Assembly: GCA_027923505.1 (NCBI GenBank)
Contig: BROI01000012.1
Coordinates: 434,001 to 498,000 of the forward strand
DNA: 64,000 bases
From: Mayamaea pseudoterrestris
Taxonomy: Eukaryota
Direction: 5' to 3'
A model generated the notes under the pieces. The model was not told where the DNA came from. It was given only the letters and a program-made list of their open reading frames with translations, and searched no databases. Made by a program: the position numbers and the translations under genes. Below are positions 32,418 to 43,566 of this stretch, piece by piece; the stretch's first letter is position 1; each line of letters begins with the position of its first letter.

Positions 32418-34391
32418 ATGAATCAAAAGACAGGATCGAGCAGAGTGGATACCAATGCCCTTAATGAGGCCCTTGAAAATACAATGCAGCACCAAAATAA
32501 TCAAGGCACGGCAGCAGCCGAAAGCAATAGTGTTGTTGGTGCGCAGCAGCCGGTGCAACCGGATCTGCCCCAATGGCAGCCGTCGCCAGACCGGCCTGCG
32601 AATTCGTCCTTTGACCAGCCGACTGCGAATCCTGAGCCTATACAGCTGCAAGCAGCTGGGCATGGTGATGCTCTAAACCTTCAGCAGCAGCATCATTTTC
32701 CGCCATTGCCATCGCTTCCATTGGAGAGTCAAACCGACGCAGGCCACCTCCACTTGAGCCTTCATCCGCCGCTGCAGCTTTCCGAAACACAGTCGTCAGC
32801 CCTGCATGGACAATACTCACAGATGGCGCAGTCGCTCCTGCAAAACGATATGCTCAACTTTCCACCAGGAGCAGCAGTCTCAAATACTGCGGCATTGCCA
32901 ACCACTCAACCAGCTGCTTCGCTCGACCAAGTCCAGCATCAGTATCCGCAACAAGTCTTCATGTCATTGCCAGCAGGCTTTGCGCAACTACAAAACAATT
33001 TTAATCAAGCGTTACAGCAGCAAGGAGCGTTCATGATGCAGCAACAATATCCAATGGCAACAAGTGGATGGCCACATGCCGTGTCAGCGTCGCTCCCACC
33101 AAGCGATCCAGCACCTTCTGCCCATTTACAGCAGCAACAAGAACAAAGTCGGCAGAATCTTTGGGTTCCACCAACATCAACGACAACAGCATGCAACGCT
33201 GTGAATGAAAGCACCGGAGTGCCGCAAACCATTGAATTCTCAAGTGGAGGAGGTGCAGGGAATAATTTTGGCAGCACCTCCAATGGCGACACGTTGAGTC
33301 GCAACAGCCGCTGGCAGTTATCCTCGGGGTCTTCCTCATCGCTCGGTCCTCCACCTGCTGGGCAACAACAGCAGCAGCAGCAACAACAACAACTATTACC
33401 AACAGTCTTTCCGATGCAAGCCACGCCCAACAACTCTCTCCCTCCCGTGCATCAAGATGCATTGTCTGGTTTAATGCATCTAGATCCGCAGTTGTTGGCG
33501 CAGAATCCCTTGCTGCTACAGCAGTACATGATGCTCGCCGGCTTGCTTCCGCAGCAGTACGTGCCGCAGCAAGATTTTTCCATTCCACTGCAGCAGCCAG
33601 AGCAATCATCGCAAGAATACTTGCTGGCCAGTTTCCAGTCACAGCAAATGCAGTCACCTTTGGAGCAACCCAACTTCGTTGCAGCTGGTGCACAAATGCA
33701 GGTTCCAAGCTGGTTGACTGCCCTTGCCAGCAATCAACCGCAACTGCATGGGCCACCACTCATGGAACCTCCGCTAGTCGCCTCTTCGCGTCGTCGGTCG
33801 CGCGGAGCATCGTCGCAGGTAACAGGAGCTGTAGACGAAAACGTCGGCTCCCTCCAAGTCCGTCTCCGCCAACGACGGCGATATCGGCACGAAAGTTTTC
33901 CATCGAAACTGTATCGAATACTGGAGGAAGTTGAGCGCGACGGGTCATCAGACATTGTATCGTTTACAGCGGGTGGAACTGCCTTTACCATTCACAATAC
34001 AAGCAAATTTACCAGTCAGATATTGCCAAAGTACTTTCGTCACGGCCGCATGTCGTCCTTCAAACGCCAGCTCTCCATGTACGGCTTTCACCGCTATACG
34101 AGTGGACCCGAGGAAGGAGCCTTTCACCATGAGCTGTTCCGCAAGGGCCGGCCGGATCTCTGTTTGCAGCTAAAGCGCGTCACCGAATTTGAGATTGTTC
34201 CTGCGGCGGCGGCTACTGCTGCTCCATTAGCGAATCCTGCAGCGCCGTTGCATCATCAAAATTACCAAGTGGCAGGTTCCATGGACGGAAACGACTCGAA
34301 CGATACGTCTGCCATTCAGAGTAGCAGTATAAGAGAAGGACAAGTGGAGCCTAATGCGACGTCGGGAGGAAGGGAACAAAAGGACGTTTAA
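32418..34391 (+). CDS. HSF-type DNA-binding transcription factor
   Basis: FPSKLYRIL, IVSF, ILPKYF, SSFKRQLSMYGF and HELFRKGRPDLC near the C-terminus; long Gln/Pro-rich N-terminus. Confidence 0.9.
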   Translation: MNQKTGSSRVDTNALNEALENTMQHQNNQGTAAAESNSVVGAQQPVQPDLPQWQPSPDRPANSSFDQPTANPEPIQLQAAGHGDALNLQQQHHFPPLPSLPLESQTDAGHLHLSLHPPLQLSETQSSALHGQYSQMAQSLLQNDMLNFPPGAAVSNTAALPTTQPAASLDQVQHQYPQQVFMSLPAGFAQLQNNFNQALQQQGAFMMQQQYPMATSGWPHAVSASLPPSDPAPSAHLQQQQEQSRQNLWVPPTSTTTACNAVNESTGVPQTIEFSSGGGAGNNFGSTSNGDTLSRNSRWQLSSGSSSSLGPPPAGQQQQQQQQQQLLPTVFPMQATPNNSLPPVHQDALSGLMHLDPQLLAQNPLLLQQYMMLAGLLPQQYVPQQDFSIPLQQPEQSSQEYLLASFQSQQMQSPLEQPNFVAAGAQMQVPSWLTALASNQPQLHGPPLMEPPLVASSRRRSRGASSQVTGAVDENVGSLQVRLRQRRRYRHESFPSKLYRILEEVERDGSSDIVSFTAGGTAFTIHNTSKFTSQILPKYFRHGRMSSFKRQLSMYGFHRYTSGPEEGAFHHELFRKGRPDLCLQLKRVTEFEIVPAAAATAAPLANPAAPLHHQNYQVAGSMDGNDSNDTSAIQSSSIREGQVEPNATSGGREQKDV

Positions 34392-35540
34392 GAGGCAGGA
34401 GCCCTCGCAAGCGTCTGCATTCTGCATAGCTGAACTCAAAAAGAATGATCGCCCTCGCGCTTGTGCTCGTTGCATATCAGTCGACATTCGCTTCATGTGA
34501 AAAGCTTCTGGTCAACCTTTCGCGTAGAAGGAGATCAGAGATTCATTGATTATTAATGGCCGCCTGGCAATTCAGTCTGGCGTGGGGAGAGAGTATCTGC
34601 CCTTGCTCATTGGAAAGCAAGTTGTCGTTCAAACGGGTAGCGAGCCTTTTCCTTTCCTTGTCCGACTCAGTCCTAGGAGTAAACTCACTCACTACTATGA
34701 ATCTCTGACTTTCGCAGTGAAAGACTGAAGGCCAATCACCAGGAACGGTGAAAGGCATGAGCAAATCTAGTCTTACTGCATTACTGCATGAGCCAGCGAA
34801 TTTCCACTACGCTGCAGCTTCTATGATATACATTATGCCTCCTTGAGCCGAGGCGAGCTTTTACCGCAACTGCAACGAGGCTGCTGGGGCTCCGTCGACT
34901 GAAGCATCAGCAATTTTGAGTGGCAAACGCCGCCGCGAATGATTTGTGCAACCTTCTGCTGCCTTGCCGTGACTGTGAATGCTTTTTCTCGCAACGTTGA
35001 ACGTGGCGGGAGCTGTTTCGAGAAAATGAGGGGAGGCAGAAGGCGATTCGTTTGGCCTTCCGACACAAAAATGTCAATCGCTGGAAAACTCGGTGCGACA
35101 TCATCTACCTCATTGAAAGGCTCGCCTTTTGGCCAAAGCCATGTATACACTGTACATAACGTAGTCAATTTTGTTCCATGCTCGTTCAATTCAGACGAAG
35201 TAGTGTTTCATAGACTGTATCGAGCGTCGTTTAGTTGCACTTTATTTGATTCCATCAAGATTGCTCGTCGCTACTATGATGCTCGCATGGTCGCTACGTC
35301 AGATACTCTACGGTATAGGGTACAGTGCCGTTTATTAAATTCTTGCGACGCCGCTGGTGTGTCTAAGCGAGTTATTAGTGACAGCGATCGTGCAAAGAAT
35401 GCTATCTCTGCACGCGCTTTGATTAAAGATACGCAGTCGAAACAATTGACACATGTACAGAATCTTTATTAGATTTCACTCGCTTGCAAGCCTCGATAAT
35501 CAACATCAGCAAATTGACCAGCATTCCAATACCGGAATCT

Positions 35541-36073
35541 TCAAAAATGTTCTTGCCGCTCACGCTCCTCATCCAAATTTACTTCATGTTCCGGACATGG
35601 AACATCCCATCCCAAGCACCATCCAATATTTGGATCGTCCTCGTGACAGCTCGAAAACTCTGTCTCTCGCGCTTTTCCATCCTGCATGACAACATACATG
35701 GCTTGTTTCCCCATCAGTTGATCCTTGCGCCATCGACTTCCGACAATTTCAATGCGGACTGGTCGAGTCGGGTCGTCATTCTCGTAGCACATGAGCTTGG
35801 TTCCGGATTCATACTGCAGCGGACATGGCTAAATTATAAAAGAATATAAATATTTACGGTGAGCTGTTTCTTTTCAGTTACGAAACCAAATAAGCACTCG
35901 TCTCGCATATCGCATAGTACTCGATACTCGATGCATCGTACCTCGTTGGAGTAAATTTTGGGATACTTCTTTTGCAATGTCTTCCACCAAGTCTCAATTT
36001 CCTTTTGCGGAATAAACTTGCCAATATCGTCGTCCGTTGGCAATTCGTGAGAGTCTTTGTAGCCGTCAAACAT
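35541..36073 (-). CDS. Small hypothetical protein; two exons
   Basis: Intron 35829-35941 (GTACG...TTTAG) joins MFDGYKD...YSNE to PCPLQYESGTKLMCYEND in frame. Start uncertain. Confidence 0.55.
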
Positions 36074-36304
36074 TGTGGCTGCAAACGCTGCTCGAAGGGC
36101 CGCAGATTTGTCATGGGCACTTCGACGTTTCGATGCGCACCGCCGCGCCCCCGATTCGTGGAGCACAACCGCCCAACATCTAAACTGTTCTGACAGATAT
36201 GTGAACCGTTGCGACTTTTCTTTCCTTCGAAGTTCGATGCATTCGACATCACCATGATGATGAACCTATACCAGCCACACACCCACGACCTCGATCATTG
36301 AACC

Positions 36305-36796
36305 ATGACTTCCAATCCGTACTTGTATCTAGCCAAGGCTGACTGGTCGCCTCGCTTTAACAACAATTTTTACTCGTTCACCATGGACAATAAGAGATTA
36401 GTGACTTCTGAAGATGAGAACGAAGTGACTACCGGTAATTCAATTCCAGACGCAATTCACGGACGGAATCAACTCCCTGCCTACTACTACGAAATCGTCG
36501 TGCATCGAGGAAGAGAGATAAATAAATATTGGCGACGTTATTCACACTTCAAATGGCTCAATGAACAAATCAAGTCAATTCCACCGCCGTCCCTCTCCGA
36601 GTCGTCAGATGCGGCAGCTAGCACGTCACCATCCGCTGCATCCTTTCCATCCGGTACTTGCTTCCTGATTCAAAAGCAGGACGACGAGTTCGCGCAGTCA
36701 CGTATGCTTTGTTTACGAGACTGGCTAAATGATTTACTGATTCTACCGGGTTATGCGTCACATCCGGCCGTCAAGGTCTTTTTGGAGCTTGAATGA
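36305..36796 (+). CDS. PX (phox homology) domain protein
   Basis: YYEIVV...WRRYSHFKWL...FP...R...L..WL..LL...VKVFL is the PX consensus pattern. Confidence 0.8.
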   Translation: MTSNPYLYLAKADWSPRFNNNFYSFTMDNKRLVTSEDENEVTTGNSIPDAIHGRNQLPAYYYEIVVHRGREINKYWRRYSHFKWLNEQIKSIPPPSLSESSDAAASTSPSAASFPSGTCFLIQKQDDEFAQSRMLCLRDWLNDLLILPGYASHPAVKVFLELE

Positions 36797-36898
36797 TTGC
36801 ACCGGTAGTGTAGATACTTTATTCTAATGAAAGGCACTTTTATTATTTCTTGTGACTCCTCTTTAATTAAAAAACAAAGGCAGGCGGCCTGAATTCGT

Positions 36899-38771
36899 TC
36901 AATTATCTTGAATCACAACGGGCATGGAAAATGGCGTGCTCGTTCCACAGCTTTGTGACTTTGCGACAACGCTCACGTAGCCGCCTTGGGTACCAAACTC
37001 GACAGCAATAGTGGCTGAACTCGACGCTTCGTCCGATGTGATGGTAGCTCCACTCGGAACGGACCATTCAAACGTGTAATCCGACATGCCATTTTGCAAA
37101 GCATAGACAACCTTTTGTTCATTTGCGTTAACAATGGCGGGTCCAATCAACCGCCCGAAAGGCTTGTTGTAAACGCGAACATGGTCGACCTTCATTTGCT
37201 GCGGAAACAATGTCGAGTTATCAGGATTTCCTGGCCAGCCACCGCCAATTGCAACGTTCAAAAGCAAGTGGAAGCGTTGATTAAACGGCCATGTTTCACT
37301 TTCCAAGTCGGCCGGCAAAATCTCCGAGTACTGCGCGCCATCTACAAACCATCGTAAACGATCTTTCTGCCATTGAACGGCAAATGCATGAAACGAGTCG
37401 GCATATGCTTCACTCTCCGGCAGCTTGGCTGGAGTCCCAAGGTACTCGTGTCCACCCGAATTGTTGGCGTAATGAATGGATCCATGAATGACATCTGGCT
37501 CAAAGCCAACATTCTCCATCAAGTCAAACTCTCCCGACATGGGCCACTTTCCGTACGCTGCGCGAGAGAGTGGATGCATGAAAAGTGTGAGTTTCGACAA
37601 CTGTCGCATGTGAGCCCAACTGCCACCCTACCGGCGAGGACACAGCTTACGAACCTTCATCAGTTGGCAGCGCCCAAAACGCAGACCAAAGTCCTTGTCC
37701 TCGTGGTATTTGAATAGATGCTTCGACATAACCATACTGAAAGTCTAAAAGACCATTCGTTCGTATCCGTCCAGACGTGTAGCCGCCAGACTCGTTTCGC
37801 CGGGCTTCAATGATTAGCACACCATCTTGGAGGAATACATTATCCGGCTGATATGTTTGTAGCTCTCCATTTCCCCATGCACAAAGATCAACGTCGCAGC
37901 CGTCTCCGTTCTGGTAGCTCCAGTTGGTAGCATTGAGCGAGTCACCGTCAAATTCGTCGTTCCAAATGAGCTTGGGGCAAACACTTGTCGTTTCCACTAC
38001 AACATTGGCAGCCGTCAAGTCGCTAATGTCCGTCAAGCCAGTGTCTGTTAGGTTATTGGCACCAGCAGAGATCTTATCATCGTCGTCGTCGGCACACGTT
38101 GATGGCCGACATCCAGAGCCGCAAATGTTTGGAAACTCGTCACTTACATATTCGCAAGCCTGCGCTTCATCCATGCCTCCATTCGCCATGAATAGCTGAA
38201 TACGATCCCTGCAAGTAAAGTCGTCTTCCTCGCCCAGTCTGAGCTCAATGACAGCATTCAGTACGCTTGGTTTGCATGACTTTGGGCATTTGCAGTTAAT
38301 GCTTCCCATGTTGCTACCGGTGGTTTCGTCTCTGGCAACTGCAGACGAGGAAGACTCATTCTTTGATGGCAGCAGCATAAACACAATGACAAATATAATT
38401 CCTCCAACCAATGCCGCAAAGAAGATCACTGCAATCGTCCGTGACATGCAAGATGAAGAGTTTTTGCTAGATTTTTTCCGTTTGCTAGCGTTAGCAGCAG
38501 CAGCTGCACCACCAAAAGGCACTTCGCCGACACTATCTGCATCGTAGGAAACGTTCTTGTGAATAGCCGTCGTGGCTGTACTCGTCGTGCTCGTGACTGA
38601 TGGCGCAGGCGGTGGATTGCGTCGAATATTGCGTCCTCCGTATGCAAGTGTTGTTGGTAGGTAGTTTGACGTTTGCTCGTGCAGCTCCGCCTCATCATCC
38701 TGATGCGACATGCCGTCGGAATGGTTCTTGTCGGCGAGACAGAATTCAAACTGAACCTTGCGTGAGCCCAT
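36899..38771 (-). CDS. Type II membrane GH16 endo-beta-1,3-glucanase (laminarinase-like) with Cys-rich module and PKD-like C-terminal domain; two exons
   Basis: LIWNDEFDG, WGNGELQTY, YTSGRI, GLWSAFWAL. Intron 37558-37654 gives WALPTDEAYGKWPMSGEFDLME (ExDxxE catalytic motif). LLLNVAIGGGWPG; one TM helix. Confidence 0.9.
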
Positions 38772-39120
38772 ATTGTGTTGAAGCGATTGCTCGTGTTGAT
38801 TGGGCTGACGCCGGAGGGTCGCAGATCGAAAAAGAAACGGAAGCAAAAGGCGATGAGCTCGACGCTGCGTGAAGTGACCTACCCTCGGAAGGCCGCTTGA
38901 TTAAGCGTATGGAGTCAAAGTATCTTCTTATTGCTGCTTCCGAAGAACGAAACGATTGAACTAGCTTGTATTGGCGGGTCAGGAGCGAATAGATACACAC
39001 GCTGATCCTGCCGAACGAATGAAGCAAGACACTTCCGCCATTGTCATCCTCGCGCCGCGACGATGCGCCATGCTCGGCCGGCGCGCGAAACTTTCAGAAC
39101 CATCATTTAGCAGGCTATAG

Positions 39121-39290
39121 TATGAAACGGGTGCCAGTGAAAACGAAGCCTAAGGGGTTATGTATAAAACGGGTGCCAGTGAAAACGAAGCCTAAAGGGG
39201 TTATGTATGAAACGGGTGCCAGTGAAAACGAAGCCTAAAGGGTTATGTATGAAACGAGTGCCAGTGAAAACGAAGCCTAAAGGGGTTATG
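39121..39290 (+). repeat. Tandem array A: four units of 42-43 bp (TATGAAACGGGTGCCAGTGAAAACGAAGCCTAA(A)GGGGTTATG)
   Basis: Units at 39121, 39163, 39206 and 39248 are near-identical, differing by single-base indels in the A/G runs and two substitutions. Confidence 0.95.
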
Positions 39291-39404
39291 TACGATTGCT
39301 CCACCGCGCCGCCAATCGTCGTTCCTCCTTTCGATTGTCGATCACGATCATCTTCACCTCTTCTATTGACTTCCACCTACATGCCTTTACAGCGGGACTA
39401 ACGA

Positions 39405-40601
39405 ATGATTGGACTACCCTGGGTGCATATATTTATTCTCGCCTCTGTTAGTTTTAACGTTTTCACTGTCAATCCTGTGATTTCACTCTCAATCGGCAGC
39501 AGCAACAGCAGACGAAGCAATCATCAGCGAGGATCACCCACCATTATGCAGTCACAGCAGCACCAGCAGCAGAAAGCACGCACCGAATCCTCTCGCTCCT
39601 TCGCCAGTGCCTCAAGTAGCAATTCACTGAATGACTTGCAGGATGCGCCATCGTTGCAATCGATTCGCGTTGGGTTCATTGGATGTGGAACCATTGCATC
39701 AGCCATTGCTTTTGGTTTTGCCAAGCAAACCAAGATTTCCATTCAACACATTACGGTTTCGAAAAGGTCTGCAAGCAAGTCGGCCGCTCTACAAGAGAAG
39801 CTTGGGACTGAATTGGTTTTTATTTATGAAAACAATCAGCAAGTTGTCGACCAGTCGGATCTCGTATTCATTACAGTCTTGCCGCAGCAAACGACACAAG
39901 TCTTACAGTCCCTTACATTTGACGCTTCAAAGCATACACTGATATCGCTCGTATCCACCAGTCGAGTTGATCAACTTGCCATTGATTCCAAACTACCGCT
40001 TGGTCGCGTCTTTAAAATGATCTGTCTTCCAGCAGTTGCGACGCTGGATGGGGTTTGCTTGATTACGCCTAATCCAGTGTTGCGAGCGGCGGACGGAAAC
40101 GACGATTCGGCCACGCGACAATTAGCGCAGCAAAACAGTACTTTGACGCAACTTTTCGAGTCACTTGGCGGAATGATTTCGGCCGATACGGAGGAACAAA
40201 TGACAGCCATGATGATACCGAGCGGCATGATGGGGACGTTTTACGGCGTCTTGAAGCAGCATCGCGACTTTGTCTTGCGACAAGCCAATGGCGCAGAGAG
40301 CCAGAGTGACAGCAATCACCAGAGACTTGGATCTAGAGCCGCGACAGAACTTGTCATCAAATACTACCATGGTATGCTGGTCGATGCCATGCAGCGACTT
40401 GAACAAGAAGACAATGCAAATGACAATTCAGACTTGTTGGAGCAACTGATCGAGGAGCAAACACCTGGTGGTCTCAATGAGCAATGCCTGAACGAGTTTC
40501 AGTCTCTTAATGGAATGGACGTTTATACACAAGTACAAGAATCGCTTTTGAAGCGATTAACTGCGGTTCAATCGAATGGTGCCAACAGAAACGATCCATA
40601 A
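39405..40601 (+). CDS. Pyrroline-5-carboxylate reductase-like protein with N-terminal targeting peptide
   Basis: VGFIGCGTIASAI Rossmann motif, NQQVVDQSDLVFITVLP, C-terminal TPGGLNEQ; hydrophobic leader followed by a Ser/Gln-rich extension. Confidence 0.8.
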   Translation: MIGLPWVHIFILASVSFNVFTVNPVISLSIGSSNSRRSNHQRGSPTIMQSQQHQQQKARTESSRSFASASSSNSLNDLQDAPSLQSIRVGFIGCGTIASAIAFGFAKQTKISIQHITVSKRSASKSAALQEKLGTELVFIYENNQQVVDQSDLVFITVLPQQTTQVLQSLTFDASKHTLISLVSTSRVDQLAIDSKLPLGRVFKMICLPAVATLDGVCLITPNPVLRAADGNDDSATRQLAQQNSTLTQLFESLGGMISADTEEQMTAMMIPSGMMGTFYGVLKQHRDFVLRQANGAESQSDSNHQRLGSRAATELVIKYYHGMLVDAMQRLEQEDNANDNSDLLEQLIEEQTPGGLNEQCLNEFQSLNGMDVYTQVQESLLKRLTAVQSNGANRNDP

Positions 40602-41560
40602 GCACCAGTTTGTGATAGCTTGAGATGAATATCTGATAGACCGTAATGATAATTTTAACTTTAAGCTTTCAGCCATTATTTGCCGGCAAGGGGCTCAACT
40701 ACAACGTCGTCCGAGAGAAATGCTCCAAACAGCAAGTAGTTGATACAGAATCAGAGGCGGCGCTTGCGGATGCTTAATCATCATAGTGTATCTAACACCC
40801 CAGCAGAAATGGAAGCATGCCATTATCTTAAAGATTTGTTATGAACGTTTAATTTAAGCGACACCAGCATTGGCTAGCCTACTGGACATTGAAATATTGC
40901 TACTGCCGTTTCCTTTTATCAGAAACACCGACGAACATCTTCAGCACGTAAATCGCACTCACGATTCCAGTCCTGTCCCTTTGTGGTGCGCTAAGCATCT
41001 ACACTAAACTTACAAAGCCCATCGCTGCAGTTTACCGGTACCAAGGCAGGCACCAGTATAGCTGGCTGAGTGCCGACACTGACCATCTAAGTGGCATGCT
41101 TCCTTGCACATATCGCCTTAGATGAGCCTCTATTTATTCTCGAAATGTCCTTGTGCCAAGATGCTCAAGTTTTGGTTTGTTCTACACTACTTGTACGTAC
41201 TGTAGACATAGCGAGCTCAAAGCATACTACTTTTAACGTCTATTTACCCGCAAAAATGAAGATACGGCGTGCCGGCGCGTTTACGCTTCCATCCATCGCC
41301 TCATTTTTTCTCCCTCCAAATCGCCAAGAGAACCAAGAGTTTTGCTTTGCAATCGATCATTCGCATACATTCGCAGTTCCTACGATCCTATCTACACTTG
41401 CTAATACATTTGGTCAGAATAACGGGACAGAGCTTTATTTGCAAATAAAAGTTTCCGATCGAACTGAAAATCAAGCACTTTATTTGACGCTTCGCATCGC
41501 ACCTTTGCTCCTTTGCACCTTTCCTGTCGACGGCGCATAATTTCAACACTCCAGCAAACC

Positions 41561-42184
41561 ATGCTACTCCTATTCTCTCTTGTATTTGTGACTTCCGTTA
41601 AGGCATTTCAACCTTCTGTCAACTCGTCTCCCAGTGGCTCGCGCCTCTCATACACCAACGTTGTTGACGAACATTCCGCCTCGATGACGGTTGTCTCGCT
41701 TCCGTCGCCACAGCGTACAGCATACCACGACAACATATTTGAGGCGCCATCGCTATACGGCATAAACACATTAATGAAGCACAGCCGTCGACAAGGTGAC
41801 ATTGCCATTATTCGATATCACGCTCCCTATTGTCGGGCTTGCATTAAAGTTGCTCCAAAGATTGAACGTTTGGCGCGACGAAACACCGACATTACGTTTA
41901 TTGAAGTCCCAGTCTCCAACAAGAATCCTGAAAAGGATGCAATACTAGAGATCATGGAGGTTCCAAGCATTCCATGGGGTCAGGTATGGCACCCGCAGGT
42001 TGGGATCGTCGAAGAGCTGTCGCTAAATCCAAAGTATTTCGACGACTTTGTCCGCATTGTTCAAAGCTACCAACAAGGAGAATGTGAGCTGCCAAATGAC
42101 ATTTATCAAGCTTCCGGTGTATATGGCGCGCCATATTATCGAAAGGAGCGAGAAACAGTCGTCGAGTTGGGAAGCTTTCGCTAG
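41561..42184 (+). CDS. Plastid-targeted atypical thioredoxin-like protein (CRAC active site)
   Basis: MLLLFSLVFVTSVKA-FQP bipartite leader; IIRYHAPYCRAC; cis-Pro loop VPSIP. Confidence 0.8.
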   Translation: MLLLFSLVFVTSVKAFQPSVNSSPSGSRLSYTNVVDEHSASMTVVSLPSPQRTAYHDNIFEAPSLYGINTLMKHSRRQGDIAIIRYHAPYCRACIKVAPKIERLARRNTDITFIEVPVSNKNPEKDAILEIMEVPSIPWGQVWHPQVGIVEELSLNPKYFDDFVRIVQSYQQGECELPNDIYQASGVYGAPYYRKERETVVELGSFR

Positions 42185-43566
42185 CTTAAATTTACGAGTC
42201 TTATTGCACTATTAGACTCCTAATGCATGTAATGATTCTTTATATCAAGCCTGCTCGCCTACGGTAGCTTATTAGACTGCCACACGAAAGCTAGCCGATT
42301 GCATGATTGTTGAGCGCTTTTGCTTGATTAGCCTTGATCTTTCGTCCCTCGTGCTGATCGATATGTACGGCGACAAATACTCTCGGTAGTAGAATGTTCT
42401 CGTCATTTTGACATCGCCTCCACTGCAAGCACAGCATATCGGGTAGCTGTCAACCACCGTAGAGCCATATAGCCATTATCGCCGATAAGTGAGGTTGTAC
42501 GCCGCAAAAGCTTCGTTTCGATTTGTCACTGTGCATTATATCATTGCGACAGTGACGCTGGACGATACCTCATCGTGTAGGACGCTTCCAGCTCGTGCGT
42601 ACGAATATAGTGCTTGCAACGACTACCGGAAGTAGATTTGTGCTTTCGTGGCAGTCTCAAGCACCTGACTCTGCCGTGAACTCGTCGCTTCTCTAGCAAA
42701 TATCTTTGCGAATCGACCTCGTCGTCGCCACCAGTTGCGTACGAATAAGCAGTATACTCAGCGATGCAATTGATTCTTCCAATCTCATAGTTTGCAGCTT
42801 TTGTTTTGCAAGGCCTGGATGTTGCAACCGAGATGCTGAGTGGCCCACTGAATTAGACCACTGGAGACGTCAATGACAGAAATTCCCGAAATTACAGCGC
42901 TACTTCGACTGCTTGACGTCTGGTCGTTAAGAAGTATCTGGCTGCCATGCTATCCAACGCATCTCTTACTCTTACGCTGTATCGTGGAATGTGATGAGAT
43001 GCTCACATTATTGCTCCAGCAGTCCAGCAGCAGCGGCATTTTCCATTATTCTTCGCGACCTGCATCTGCCAACATTGCTTCTGTCAATATCGTAGCCACT
43101 CCTTCAGCCCTGTAGAATCGCTTATAATGATGTACACAGTGGCCGATAATCGATGCTCTCGAAGAAATTGAGAAACGCACGGAGTCTGTGGTGACAAGTC
43201 GCCAAGCGAGCGACGCTGCTGCTCGGAAAGGTCTGCAATGCATGTAGCAGCAAACTTGCGAGCTACCCCGCGCGATGTTTCTGTTGAGTATTGTTGACTG
43301 TGTCCACTTTCCTCATGGCTTGCTGTCGTCGTGCGATCAAAGCATAGATAATAGGTAGCGAGGAGCGATGCGACTCGCATGAAGGCTGCCGATTGCCGCA
43401 CAATCCGTCATTCTTCACTCAAAAGCTTGCCGTTCATGGATTCGTCCTCTATGATCTTGTCGTTGGCTGCTACTGAACCAATGTAAACGACACCCATTAC
43501 CCTGTTTACCGAGCCAGCAGGCCAGCAGGTCACCAATGAGGAGCATGGACATTGGTATTTGAAATG

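Noticed and set aside
33363..33393. CAA/CAG run
   Set aside because: Ordinary poly-Gln tract within the HSF activation region.
34543..35472. Several overlapping ORFs of 60-177 aa
   Set aside because: No motifs and no consistent gene structure; treated as intergenic.
39041..39401. Short ORFs encoding KRVPVKT repeats (also 44848-45066)
   Set aside because: These are translation by-products of the 42-bp unit; array A has frame-breaking indels and array B an in-frame stop.
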